Below, piece by piece: positions 9,037 through 19,127 of a DNA stretch of 64,000 nt. The stretch's first letter is position 1, and the number at the start of each line of letters is the position of its first letter. Position numbers and translations under genes: made by a program. The notes below the pieces were generated by a model. That model had not been told where the DNA came from, ran no database searches, and was given only the letters and a program-made list of their open reading frames with translations. This DNA is from a virus (Duplodnaviria > Caudoviricetes), in the IMG/VR virus record IMGVR_UViG_3300037047_000246; one strand, 5' to 3'.

Positions 9037-9372
9037 TCATCCGTCCATTACCTGGCTGACAATGACGTAGTTATTCATCTCTCGCGCAAGCATACAATGC
9101 TCAAAGGCAGCCGCATGGCTGCCATGCAACTTGGGGTCCATACCGACCATTTGCACAAATTTCCGCCGCGTGTTTTCGTCCATACCCTTGCAGGTATTGA
9201 CGAACGACAGCAGGCCGGCCATCTGGAACTCGAACCATGTTGGGTCCTCTAGCGCAGGCGAGCCGTCATGATCGAATTTGGTTGGGCCGTGCTTGGCGCT
9301 CCACTTAAAGCTGTGGCCGCACGCGGCGCAGACCCATTTGCACCCTTCGCACTTCCAGTTGTGCGACGACAT
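9037..9372 (-). CDS. Zn-ribbon protein with tag (VMDG)
   Basis: HNWKCEGCKWVCAACG; ends VIVSQVMDG. Confidence 0.65.
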   Translation of the reverse strand: MSSHNWKCEGCKWVCAACGHSFKWSAKHGPTKFDHDGSPALEDPTWFEFQMAGLLSFVNTCKGMDENTRRKFVQMVGMDPKLHGSHAAAFEHCMLAREMNNYVIVSQVMDG

Positions 9373-10473
9373 TCAACGCACCTCGTGCATCTCGGGCATC
9401 GGGCGTGCCATATATTCGATGCAGCGCAGCAACTTCAGGTCGGAAACCCCTACCAGAGAGCCATGTCCGCGCAAGTTAATAGCAAATCCAGGAGCCATTT
9501 GCGGCGTGAGTTCGAGCACAGCGTCGGCTTCTCTCACGTCGCCACAGGCCAGCACATCGCGCGTCATAGGAGCCCCTAAGACGTAGGTGTGCGAGTGCAG
9601 CATAAATCGCACGAACGGCAGGCGATTGAAAAGTCGGATACTGATTGGCGAATCGACCGACGGCTTGGCATCGCCCCAGTACCCTGTGCGCTGCTCGTCC
9701 AGCAAGCTCACCGGAACGAATCCGCCCGCGCCGATGTCGCGCTTGTCTATGTTGCGCCGAGACATGTAGGCAATGCCACCCAGGCGGAAGGCGGGGAACC
9801 CGCTCTCGCATCGGAAGGACGCATTGCCCATCAGGCGCTCCGGATTAACCGCAGCATGTATCAATTCGTGAAACGTCTTGGCATGACTGCGGACGATATT
9901 GAAGAACTCTTCCACCTCGTCCGGCACGCCTACCTGATGACAGGCGGCGCGCCACAAGTCGGACTGCTCGCTGCCCAAGCACGTTGAGCTGACGCGCGTA
10001 CCGTGCTGCAGCTCTGTCATCCTGGCAGCGAGCGCCCCGGCGACGCGCTCGACATCTAGCTCGTTCGACAGGAACACATTGCCAAGCGGATCCATCAGCG
10101 TGGTGGACACCTTGCTTTCGGCCTTGCGCAGCTCTAGCATCAGGCCACTGTGGGATTTGAGCGCGCGGGCGATCAAATCGCCAAAAGAGTAGCGCCCTTC
10201 GTCGTTGCGCTTGGTTGTGATCAGCAGCGTGTGCGGCGCGAGCCGCTTGATGTCGTTGATCAGCTTGGGCCGGCTGTTGTCGACGTCCGGCATCCACAGC
10301 ACAGTGTCGTGGTCCGGCAGGGCCTTACATATGCGCTCCAGCGTCGCCCAGTCGCCGCCATTGTGCACGGTAGCGATATGTGCGAGGTGTTGCGCGAGCA
10401 GGTTGACGTATCCGGATGGCTTGCCTGTTTCGAAGTTGCCGCCGATGATCAGCATGAGATGATTTACACTCAA
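9373..10473 (-). CDS. class II aldolase/adducin-like protein with extra N-terminal domain
   Basis: GNASFRC, KPSVDSPI, MLHSHTY (HxH metal site), NLRGHGSLV. Confidence 0.7.
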   Translation of the reverse strand: MSVNHLMLIIGGNFETGKPSGYVNLLAQHLAHIATVHNGGDWATLERICKALPDHDTVLWMPDVDNSRPKLINDIKRLAPHTLLITTKRNDEGRYSFGDLIARALKSHSGLMLELRKAESKVSTTLMDPLGNVFLSNELDVERVAGALAARMTELQHGTRVSSTCLGSEQSDLWRAACHQVGVPDEVEEFFNIVRSHAKTFHELIHAAVNPERLMGNASFRCESGFPAFRLGGIAYMSRRNIDKRDIGAGGFVPVSLLDEQRTGYWGDAKPSVDSPISIRLFNRLPFVRFMLHSHTYVLGAPMTRDVLACGDVREADAVLELTPQMAPGFAINLRGHGSLVGVSDLKLLRCIEYMARPMPEMHEVR

Positions 10474-10937
10474 TCAGTCATCACCGACACTACTATTTTG
10501 TTGTCTATCATGTCGATCATCTCGCTGCGGCTCACCCCGGCGCGAATGGCGTCGTGTAGGGCCTTTTGCAGGGCCACGCGCGGCTCGACCGCCTTCTTGA
10601 GCCACGTGGCGTCGACATAGGTGTCGACACCGAACGACATGGCGTTGAGCGCCATGTCGGCGCGAATTCTGGCGTCGCTGAGCGGCTCAAGCTTCCACCA
10701 AGTGCCATGCAGCTTCACCGCCTCGCCGTCGGGGCGCATGCCGGTCGAGTGCGAGGCCATCGATCTGGCGGCCCATAGCACCGGCGGTGCTTCATCGCTG
10801 AGCATTCGGTTCCAGTCCATCCATTGAACCGGCGGCAGATCGCCCAGAGGCTCAACCTTGAAAGCGCTGGTCTGCCTGCCTTGCGAATATGTTGCCAAAG
10901 CTCCAGTCGACACCGCCGGCCCGACCAAGTTGACCAT
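10470..10937 (-). CDS. hypothetical protein with tag (VMTD)
   Basis: Ends GVSRSEMIDMIDNKIVVSVMTD. Confidence 0.65.
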   Translation of the reverse strand: MVNLVGPAVSTGALATYSQGRQTSAFKVEPLGDLPPVQWMDWNRMLSDEAPPVLWAARSMASHSTGMRPDGEAVKLHGTWWKLEPLSDARIRADMALNAMSFGVDTYVDATWLKKAVEPRVALQKALHDAIRAGVSRSEMIDMIDNKIVVSVMTD

Positions 10938-10938
10938 C

Positions 10939-11223
10939 TTAGCTCTCCTGCACTTCCTTGACTTGGAACAAATCAGCCACGTGTTGCACGTCTTCAAGAG
11001 TTACCTTGCGCGAACCGGACTTGCAAGTGTTGGCATAGGTTATGATGTCGTGCGCGTCCCTGCCAGAGATAAGCTGCAAAATGCCGAAGATCTCTTCTGG
11101 CGTAAATTTAGCAAACGTGCGAGCACGCGGGACGTGCTCCCTGCCCACATTGTTGAAGAAGCGAAACATCCCATCGGCTGCTTTGCTCTTAGGCATGCCG
11201 AGATCGTACAATCGAACCAGCAC
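10939..11223 (-). CDS. hypothetical protein with tag (VQES)
   Basis: Ends VADLFQVKEVQES. Confidence 0.65.
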   Translation of the reverse strand: MLVRLYDLGMPKSKAADGMFRFFNNVGREHVPRARTFAKFTPEEIFGILQLISGRDAHDIITYANTCKSGSRKVTLEDVQHVADLFQVKEVQES

Positions 11224-11408
11224 CTATTTTCGAGATACCCGCGTTAGCAGTGCGGCATCAGGACCTTCCCGACCAACGCTTCCACGTCTTATACGAGCTG
11301 GCACCACATTTGTTTGCGGCATGATATACCGTGTCTGTCACGCCGCAAACTAGACCGGGTTTTGCCGGGTTTCCGGCCCTTCTTAAGATTTCGATGGGAC
11401 GCTAGGGC

Positions 11409-11819
11409 ATGACCCCCAAAGAGTACTCAGCGCTCCTGTGCAATATTGCCGACAAGATCGATGCTTCCCGGAAGCCTTCCCGCACTTTGGTGGCTGCAGC
11501 CATTCGAGAAGCCATCGCCGCTGTAAAGCGCACCAAAGACGAAGGCAAAAAGGACAAGATCAATAAGAAGGACGTGGACGCGTCCACCGCGGCTTCCATG
11601 CACATGGGTCTGCTAGAGCGGTACAAGGAGTTCCACGATACTGGAGCCAACCTGCTTGGATTCAGAAATGTGGTTGTGGACGGCATTCCGGAAGACTCAC
11701 CGAACGATGTGCTCACCGCGCGCAAAGAGTGCGCCGCAGCGTTTGATGCCTTGGACCAGGCTATGAAGAGCGCGAGGGCAAGTTACTCACGTCTCATGGC
11801 GTCGCTGGCAGGCATCTAG
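11409..11819 (+). CDS. helical hypothetical protein, possible internal virion protein
   Basis: N-terminus LLCNIADKIDASRKPSRTLV. Confidence 0.65.
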   Translation: MTPKEYSALLCNIADKIDASRKPSRTLVAAAIREAIAAVKRTKDEGKKDKINKKDVDASTAASMHMGLLERYKEFHDTGANLLGFRNVVVDGIPEDSPNDVLTARKECAAAFDALDQAMKSARASYSRLMASLAGI

Positions 11820-12012
11820 AACCCTTCGTGGATTGAGCTCCTTCGTGGGGTTCAAGTTCACGATCTACTGCCACGCCCACATCGAATCTGGTCGGCGCCC
11901 CATCGGCATCACCAAGCACACGATGATGCATCATCTCTCCGGACGCCCTGGCTTGGAAGCCATTTAACTACCTCAGATAGCACCTTCCAAACGTTTATTC
12001 TTTGCCCAATGC

Positions 12013-12285
12013 ATGGGCAAACTGCGCACAGATTCAAGCTCCCAAATTGAAGCCCAGAACGCGTGGCCGTCAACCGAGCGCGACACATTGACGACTTGCC
12101 CCGCTTGCGGAGGCACCGGCAAAAAAGAAGTGACTGGACAACAGCCGGGCCAATACAGGTACCTAACCTGTCGCTGGTGCTTCGGATATGGCAGCACGAC
12201 CAAACAGATCCACTTAGCATTCGTGCGGTGGCTGAGGATTTTGAACCGGAACCGGCACCTCGGTCGATGCGGGGCAAAACCATAG
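12013..12285 (+). CDS. DnaJ-type CxxCxGxG zinc-finger protein
   Basis: CPACGGTG and CRWCFGYG. Confidence 0.6.
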   Translation: MGKLRTDSSSQIEAQNAWPSTERDTLTTCPACGGTGKKEVTGQQPGQYRYLTCRWCFGYGSTTKQIHLAFVRWLRILNRNRHLGRCGAKP

Positions 12286-12321
12286 GCCATCGCTTTCGGC
12301 TGTTTGTCCTGCAACAGTTGC

Positions 12322-12846
12322 ATGGATTTGGTCAGAATCGCATCAAAGGTTGCCCAAGGTTGGCAAGACGAACTGCAAGGCGGTCTTGCAGACGACAAAA
12401 TGCCGCAGCAGTTCGACCCCCAATCGCTCATCAAGGGCACCGTCGTGGAGTTCGAACACACGTGCGCAGAAGCGCACGAGCTGCTGAAGCAGAATCCTGA
12501 TGCCGTGCACAAGGCAATAGAGATTGCCATGGATCATCTGACCGAAGATCCTGCGTACTACGACAAATTGGCTGAAATGGAAAGCTCGGGCAGACAGCAG
12601 ACTGCTTCCAGGGCCACTGAGCATCTCATGTACTGGAAGCAAGCCTTGTCCGGCGACGCTCCGCGCGACCCCGGCAGCAAAGCCACGGCTAGGAAGTATG
12701 CGGACCTGGCAGATATGCTGGCAAATAAGAAAGAACGAAAGGTCAGTCAGGGGCTTCCGCATCCTAGGTTCGAAAGCTTCTACGTCAAGTGGTCTCCAGA
12801 CGAGCTGCGGGAACTTGCTCGCGGTTTGCGCATGCTATCTGCTTGA
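12322..12846 (+). CDS. DUF5661-like protein with N-terminal RIAxxVA motif
   Basis: GGLADD...GTVVEFEHT...EIAMDHLTEDPAYYDKLAEME. Confidence 0.7.
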   Translation: MDLVRIASKVAQGWQDELQGGLADDKMPQQFDPQSLIKGTVVEFEHTCAEAHELLKQNPDAVHKAIEIAMDHLTEDPAYYDKLAEMESSGRQQTASRATEHLMYWKQALSGDAPRDPGSKATARKYADLADMLANKKERKVSQGLPHPRFESFYVKWSPDELRELARGLRMLSA

Positions 12847-12917
12847 CCATGTCGCATAGGCCTCAAGGCCGCCATAGTCGGGCTCGTCCATATGCGCTGC
12901 AGCGCATACTGAAGGCT

Positions 12918-13720
12918 TCATGACTCGTGGGTGTTGAAGATGTCGGTCATCTCGCACCCATTGTCCGGATGTGCGTCAGGGAAGCTCACTCCGCAATCAG
13001 GACATTTCCGCAGGATTCCGGCTCTAGGGTCCGCTGGGTTCTTAACGAAACTTACTAATATGAACTCGGTTCCATGTACAGCTGCTTGACATCCTGCTCG
13101 GTCAGGTTCATTTCTAGCACGTCCCATATCGCACGCATCTCGCAGCAGTTCGGCGAATCCACTTCGCCATTTCGCTTTGCAGCACGAACATCGAAGCGTC
13201 TCCAGTTAGTCTCTGGTTGTTCGCAGCGGTCGCGCCATGGCTGCGGCCAAAGCGGCTATGCGCTAGGCCCTTCCGACCGATTCGATGAACTTTCTGATGA
13301 CGGGATCGGTGTTCATGGCATCATCACATCCCAGATTTCGCGCAATTCACAATCGTTGAGCGGATGCGGTCCATGCAGCCACTTGGCGCCGCAGCTAGGG
13401 CATTCTTTCTGCGGTCCGCCGCCTTGCATGGTTTGAGCGAGAAGCCGACGGCCGGCCGGAGTCATGATGGCTCTGGCAATAATTGCCTCTTTTTTCGGCC
13501 GGCGTCATGTTTCGCTCACATCATACACGTCGCGCAGCTCGCAGTCGTTGCGCGGATGGCCGAAGCAGCATTCGACGCTGCATGATGGGCATTTGGGCGG
13601 GCGCCGGAGAGTCATGTTGAGCGCCGATGCCCAATGAAGGTATCGGCCGCCCGCCTCGACGTCGAGCACGCGGATGGCCGGCGCGTCCAGAAACCGGAAG
13701 AACCGTAAGTCACGACTCAT
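12918..13720 (-). repeat. tandem array of about 4 paralogous small CxxC/H/C + tag genes, partly disrupted
   Basis: CPSC..HPRNDCELRDVYDVSET; CPSC..HPLNDCELREIWDVMMP; CSCC..SPNCCEMRAIWDVLE; CPDC..HPDNGCEMTDIFNTHES; frameshifts and internal stops in the middle copies. Confidence 0.7.
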
Positions 13721-13907
13721 GGCGCCTCCTGACCATAAGGAAACTCCTAAGACTCATGGACATCCTCCATCAAGCCAGTCTCACAGTTCAGCTCGTGGCC
13801 GTCAATACGCTTGCATTTGTCGCATTTCCGGAACGGCTGGTCGTAGAAGGCTTGAACGACCGAGTTCAGCAGAGGTTGTATTGGAAACGCCAGTGCGCGG
13901 CTTCCAG

Positions 13908-14162
13908 TCAGCGGTTGTCATCTCTCATCTGTCCTATTGTGCGGACTCCCAAGACCCACAGGACTCCCTGGACGAATCCGAGCCATCTGTTGAACCTGTC
14001 AGGATTCCCAGCGGCGTCAGGCATCTGCAGAAGCATCCACGCCACATGCTTCTTGGCGAAATGCGCATCCAGCGGCGGCGTCTCCATGGATGCTCGCTCA
14101 GGCTCGACACCGAGGTCCTTTACATAGCCCTCCATAGCTGCTGTTACCTTGTCGATGTTCAT
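13908..14162 (-). CDS. phage-type hypothetical protein
   Basis: RFNRWLGFVQGVLWVLG motif. Confidence 0.65.
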   Translation of the reverse strand: MNIDKVTAAMEGYVKDLGVEPERASMETPPLDAHFAKKHVAWMLLQMPDAAGNPDRFNRWLGFVQGVLWVLGVRTIGQMRDDNR

Positions 14163-14219
14163 TGTTGGCCTCTTGATTTGATCATACAATTTGGCGGGCG
14201 CCAGCGCCGAGAGGTCCAA

Positions 14220-14741
14220 ATGACACAAGCTGTCAAAGGATTACCAATGCCGAACCAAGCTCGGAACTCCACCCCCGATGTCATCGAGATAGCTGTTCGG
14301 GTTGCTGGTTCAGGGCTCGCAGCCTCCAAGGCAGACGTCGCTCGGTGGCAGCTGCTGCTGCAAGAGCACGCTGGCGTCAGCAAATCCGTAGCGGCTGACA
14401 TTGCCAAAAATTTGGTGTCGTCTGGCAGAGATCTGCCTGCGCTGGCCAGACAAAAGCGCTGGGCCGACGAAAGTGTCTTCAAGCCAGCTCTTGATGGCAC
14501 AACCCTAGCTATTGGCTGCTGGAAGATATGGAGTGAAAAAAGACCCCTCGCCTTCGGCGAAGAGCCGCCGTCGCTGGACGAATTTGCCAGGATGCTGAGC
14601 GAGGGAGACCCTCAGCTTGCCAAGCTCATGGAGCTCGCTGACTCCGTGGGCGTGGACCCAGGCCTGTTCGACGAGGCACTATCATTCATGCAAGCCGAAG
14701 AAGCAGAGCAAGAGTGGGCGAAGTATGCTGCGATATTGTAA
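14220..14741 (+). CDS. hypothetical protein with IAVRVA motif
   Basis: DVIEIAVRVAGSG; the track ORF 13674-14741 is over-extended at the 5' end. Confidence 0.65.
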   Translation: MTQAVKGLPMPNQARNSTPDVIEIAVRVAGSGLAASKADVARWQLLLQEHAGVSKSVAADIAKNLVSSGRDLPALARQKRWADESVFKPALDGTTLAIGCWKIWSEKRPLAFGEEPPSLDEFARMLSEGDPQLAKLMELADSVGVDPGLFDEALSFMQAEEAEQEWAKYAAIL

Positions 14742-14763
14742 TCAATCTGCAACTTCACATTTG

Positions 14764-14838
14764 TAGGCCCGGCGGGGTTCGAACCCGCAACTCTTCGCTT
14801 ATGAGGCGAAAACGCTATCCAGTTGCGTTCACAGGCCC
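14764..14838 (-). tRNA. tRNA-Met/Ile2 (anticodon CAT)
   Basis: GGGCCTG/CGGGCCT acceptor stem, TTCGC-CTCATAA-GCGAA anticodon arm, GGTTCGAAC T-loop; full CCA not encoded; Met versus Ile2 not resolvable by eye. Confidence 0.88.
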
Positions 14839-15455
14839 AGTATACGTTACATTCGTGAGACTGCCTTTATGCGATTTGCCATCCGCCTGGCCGCACCTCA
14901 ATCCTGAACGATGCGCCAGGCTGCTGCATCTCTGCCGGGATTTTGGCGGTTTCAATCCACGCCGTGGCCTCTTCGCCCTCTGAGGACCAGGTGCGAACAC
15001 GCGCAAGATCGCCTTCTATTGCTTCCACAAAACAGTCGAACCACTCAATCATGGGAGGGATTACAACGAGGTGACCACAGGTCAACCCGCACAATATTCG
15101 CGCACGACGCGGAACTTGTCGATGACCTGCTGGCGAGCCTCGGCCGCGACGTCATCGGGCAGGGGGACCGAATCGACCTCCACGGTCGAATCGCGCGAGC
15201 TGAGCCGCGCGTAATACATCGCGCGACTGTCAAGCTTGAACTTATGGCGCAGGGTCGCGCGGGACACGACCCAATAGGCGTCGAGTACGATCTGGAAGTC
15301 CAATACACAGAAGCTCCAGACCTCCTGGCGCAAGGGACCGGAGCTGCGGATGACGATCGGGTGATAGTGCATCAATCCTCGTTCACGGCTAACTGACTGG
15401 TCTGCGTGATTGTCACGCCAAACGCGTAGACTCCTCCTTCAGCGGCCTACCTTAC

Positions 15456-15788
15456 TCACGCTTCCATCGTTTCCCGCACGTGCTCCAATCGCAGTGTGCT
15501 GATCAAGCGCTGCAAATACATGCACTGCATTTGCCCGGCTCCGCCCTCCAGCAAGATGTCCTTCCACGAGCTTCTGCCAAACAGCCACGGCTTGGACATC
15601 GGATTTATGCGGACAGCCAAAATTTGGCCGCAGCGAGAACACTGAGCTGCCATGGACTCGTGCGTTATGGCTGTGAACATGCAGTCATGGCCATACTCGG
15701 CCATGACGCTTCTGATAGTATGCTCCAGGCGCATTTGATTGGAAATGTTGCGCATTATCTTCTGTGCAAATTTGATGGTGGGTATCAT
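15456..15788 (-). CDS. Zn-ribbon protein with tag (TMEA)
   Basis: YGHDC...QCSRCG...QCMYLQRLISTLRLEHVRETMEA. Confidence 0.65.
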   Translation of the reverse strand: MIPTIKFAQKIMRNISNQMRLEHTIRSVMAEYGHDCMFTAITHESMAAQCSRCGQILAVRINPMSKPWLFGRSSWKDILLEGGAGQMQCMYLQRLISTLRLEHVRETMEA

Positions 15789-15978
15789 CTAATCACCGCG
15801 CATGTGTTTCTCGAACAAGGCCCTCAGCAAGTCAAACCATGTCCAGTCCCCAGTCACCATGGCTTCTCGCATAGCCAACTCAAGCTTCTCCACGAAAGAC
15901 CTTCCAACGTCGCAACACGTCATGCCTCTATTGCAACCGCACCCCATGACTACACTATACAATAGGCCGGCAGTTCAG

Positions 15979-16049
15979 CTGGGGCGGAGGGAATCGAACC
16001 CCCGTCTTGAGAGCCAAAATCTCAGGTCCTTCCGCTGAACGACACCCCA
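15979..16049 (-). tRNA. tRNA-Gln (TTG)
   Basis: TGGGGTG/CGCCCCA acceptor with U1-A72, TGAGA-TTTTGGC-TCTCA anticodon arm, GGTTCGATT T-loop. Confidence 0.9.
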
Positions 16050-16323
16050 AACTTGCTCGACAAACTATACGCCTCTGGCCAGTTCCTTTCCGCTCATGAA
16101 GGTTGGACTGCGTTCGAACATCAAGTTCTAACATTGAACGGGTGAATCATCCAAACTTTCATTGCAGTTTACCAGTTCACTGAACGCACTGTCATCCCAG
16201 TGCCGGTGTAAAATTGCATATGGATTTCACCGCAATCCAAACTGTCTTAAATGTTGCCAAATCTTGCGGCAGAGACGCAACGGCCCCTAACCGTCCGGCA
16301 TCAGACTGACTATGGTGGTCGCC

Positions 16324-16713
16324 ATGGATACCCATACCGAGACAAAAACTCAATCGAAAACGAAATTTGCACATCAGGTCATCAAGCTTGACGAAGCCGT
16401 CAAGCTTGATGACCGTCTTCTTCTGGGCTACGCCTCCAGCTCTATGAGGCTGCTCATTTTCATGGAACACTGCGGCCCAAGCCATCCGTGCACGATGAAT
16501 GAGTCCAAATTGTTTCGCCGATACAGTGCCGCAGTGGCGATGCGACATGATGCACTGAATGTGCGACAAAACCGTTCAGTGGTGGCTGTATGTATCGCCA
16601 ATAGGCTTGTGCACATTGCCGCAGATGTGGTCCACACTTTCGACCTTGAACCTGAATTTGAGGCAGAGATACTGACAAAATTCGCCTCCCAGGTTCGAGC
16701 TCGCTTCTACTGA
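16324..16713 (+). CDS. hypothetical protein
   Basis: Open frame; TATGGT 7 nt upstream of the ATG. Confidence 0.55.
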   Translation: MDTHTETKTQSKTKFAHQVIKLDEAVKLDDRLLLGYASSSMRLLIFMEHCGPSHPCTMNESKLFRRYSAAVAMRHDALNVRQNRSVVAVCIANRLVHIAADVVHTFDLEPEFEAEILTKFASQVRARFY

Positions 16714-16767
16714 CCCGGCAGACCTGACCTCGGCACTATCGAATTTTTGTCGATCGATTGTGCTGCC

Positions 16768-17052
16768 ATGGATTCAACATCGCCCGCCTGCACATGCGAT
16801 TTTCACAGTGCTGTCATGAAGCGCATGAAAGCACTGGAAGATTCAGCCAGACTCACCACCGACCTGAAAGAAACGCTGCGACACTTGTCCGACAACGTAG
16901 CTGCGCTGCATCAAGCAGTGGTCGAAGTTTCGACAAGACGCAACGAAGCGATGCCGTGGTCTGTCAGGTGGGCTATATGGACGCCGTCAGTTTTGGTCAC
17001 GATCGCTTCGTGTGTGTGGCTGGCAGGGCATCTGGCGCAAATGGCAAAGTAG
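16768..17052 (+). CDS. coiled-coil protein with C-terminal TM helix (holin/XhlA-like architecture)
   Basis: Heptads followed by WAIWTPSVLVTIASCVWLAG. Confidence 0.55.
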   Translation: MDSTSPACTCDFHSAVMKRMKALEDSARLTTDLKETLRHLSDNVAALHQAVVEVSTRRNEAMPWSVRWAIWTPSVLVTIASCVWLAGHLAQMAK

Positions 17053-17075
17053 CGAACGAGCTGCAACGGTCGCGA

Positions 17076-17393
17076 TCAAGCTTGCCCTGCGCCCTTGCGA
17101 CCGAACGTGCGCTCCCACCCGCTCCTGTACTCTCGGGTAGAGACTTTGCTCGGGCCTTTGGCTGCACTGCCGTCGTACAGAGTTTCCACCTTATACCTGG
17201 AGCCGTCCAATGGCGTCAGTGCAACAACTTCGCAACCGTTGCACGCTTGGCCGTCTTTTGCTGATCGCATGAAGCCGCCCAGCAACCTATGGTCGGCCGT
17301 GTGCCGCACAAACGGTCTCGTCCCGTCGCCCATTTCGGGTCCTACCACCAGTTCGTCCGCACAGGCGCACTTCGGATCTTTGTCTTCGCTCAT
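17076..17393 (-). CDS. hypothetical protein
   Basis: ATGA overlap with the upstream ORF; GPSKVSTREYRSGWERTFG. Confidence 0.65.
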   Translation of the reverse strand: MSEDKDPKCACADELVVGPEMGDGTRPFVRHTADHRLLGGFMRSAKDGQACNGCEVVALTPLDGSRYKVETLYDGSAAKGPSKVSTREYRSGWERTFGRKGAGQA

Positions 17394-17764
17394 TTGTCCA
17401 CCCGAATGAAGCCCATCAGTTTGCCGGTTTTGTCGTCGAACTGAGCGGCTACATGCCCCCACCCTGGCTTCGCAGAGCCATCAGGCTGCGTGCCAAACAT
17501 TCCGTTCACGATCCCTAGCAGCCCGACCGTCGGATGGCCGTCGTCGTTTTCTCTGACCTGAACGGTTGGGTGGCTTAGCATTGCCTGGTTGCACCGCACC
17601 CGAGTTTCAACAAGCAGCTCCACAGCTTGCCTGTCAAGGCAAACAAGCTCGTTGAGAAATGAAACCACCTGGTCCAAATTGGCTGTGTCGAGGCATCCAA
17701 CCGGCATCCTAGATCTCCTACTCCTGAGTTTATTCAGAAGTTCGTCCCTTGTCCCGCGATTCAT
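17390..17764 (-). CDS. hypothetical protein
   Basis: FLNELVCLDRQAVELLVETRVRCN..HPTVQV..VGLLGIVNGMFG. Confidence 0.7.
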   Translation of the reverse strand: MNRGTRDELLNKLRSRRSRMPVGCLDTANLDQVVSFLNELVCLDRQAVELLVETRVRCNQAMLSHPTVQVRENDDGHPTVGLLGIVNGMFGTQPDGSAKPGWGHVAAQFDDKTGKLMGFIRVDK

Positions 17765-17811
17765 GCAAACTGCGGCTTATCAAGATTACACCATCAGGCA
17801 TCGGATTTACG

Positions 17812-18234
17812 TCATGCGCTCATGACTTCCTGCACAGCCAGCAGCTGCTCAGCTTCGTCCAGCTGCTTATCCCACTCGCATTGCTGACTTCGCCATAGAT
17901 GCCAGATTGTCCTGAACTCGTATGTATTGGCGAGCTTCCTGTTGGACAGCGCGCTGCGGTCCATGCGCAGAAGCGTCCTGCAAAAGTATTCGGCAGCGTC
18001 CCTGATGACAGCTTTGCGCTGATATTCGTTCAACCCGGCAGCAGTGGAGAAGACCGCAGATTCAAAGCCTTTCCAGACGAACTTGAAGCCGACTCGCCTG
18101 AAGTCGGACAGAATCGGCACGAGCGCCATCTCGCTCAGATTGGGCACAACCTGCTGCCTGCCTGCCGCGTCGACGACGCGCGTCGGGGTGGGCATCCGCT
18201 GCCTGCGGCCGTCTCTAGTCACCGCCCTTGGCAT
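17812..18234 (-). CDS. hypothetical protein with tag (VMSA)
   Basis: Ends EQLLAVQEVMSA. Confidence 0.65.
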   Translation of the reverse strand: MPRAVTRDGRRQRMPTPTRVVDAAGRQQVVPNLSEMALVPILSDFRRVGFKFVWKGFESAVFSTAAGLNEYQRKAVIRDAAEYFCRTLLRMDRSALSNRKLANTYEFRTIWHLWRSQQCEWDKQLDEAEQLLAVQEVMSA

Positions 18235-18441
18235 GATCGTGTTTACACGAAAATGCGCTTAATCTTCGCGCGTCGTCTGCTCCGGTGTCTGATGCCTGGC
18301 GTCGCAATGCTGCATGGGCGGCATTGCTTCTTCACAGCTTTGTCTGACACGTTGAGTGATACAGCTCTCCTCGGCATAGCCCTGTAAGCATTGTTGGAGA
18401 TGCACCGGTTTCGTATTGTACTGTGTCGCATGATTTCGATC

Positions 18442-18918
18442 ATGGTCGACAGGCTGTCGCCCGGGGGCCTTCCTCACTATTGGTTACCGGACCCGTGGCC
18501 ACACCGGGTGTTGTTCGTGGATTCTACGGGCCAGAACATACTTCAACTCAAGGGCGATTCCAAGAAGGTGTGCCTGCCCGAGTTTGAGCTGTGCTCCGCG
18601 GTCGTTGCCAGGTCGCAGGAAGCCATGAGGCTGGTGCGGATTAAGGTGCTGAGGTTCATGGCCGAGTTCTGTTTAGCCGCCGAGATCCAGGATGGCCTCG
18701 TGCTCATGCCTATGCGCAACGAGATGGTGCTCGGAGTCGACGGCGGATATCTGGGATCGATCACTCTCAGCCTAATGGTCACCAGCCCGTTCGAGGCCGA
18801 GGCCGAGGCCGAGGCCGGCCACGAGTATGACTGGATCCCGCGGGAGATCGCCGACATGCCGGCATTCGCCAGCGATATGGAAAACTACCTGACGGTCATG
18901 GGAGTGATGTTGGAATGA
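18442..18918 (+). CDS. hypothetical protein with tag (VMLE)
   Basis: Ends ENYLTVMGVMLE; ATGA overlap with 18915. Confidence 0.65.
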   Translation: MVDRLSPGGLPHYWLPDPWPHRVLFVDSTGQNILQLKGDSKKVCLPEFELCSAVVARSQEAMRLVRIKVLRFMAEFCLAAEIQDGLVLMPMRNEMVLGVDGGYLGSITLSLMVTSPFEAEAEAEAGHEYDWIPREIADMPAFASDMENYLTVMGVMLE

Positions 18919-19127
18919 AGAGAGCTGCGAGGAAAAACAAAGTCGAGCTGTGGTGTCGTGTGGGTCCGGTCTGGGACGGCGACGTCAACAAGCTGGCCAA
19001 GAGCAATGTGGTCCCGGACGGCTACGAGTTGGCCGAAGTCAAACGCGCTGGATGTAAATTCACATTCGTGTACCTCAAGAGCATCCCGCGAAATCCGAAG
19101 TAGCAGTTGGTCGTCCGCGAATCGAAG

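Noticed and set aside
18791-18818. (GAGGCC)n hexamer repeat
   Set aside because: Simply encodes an EAEAEAEA linker; too short to imply a contingency locus.
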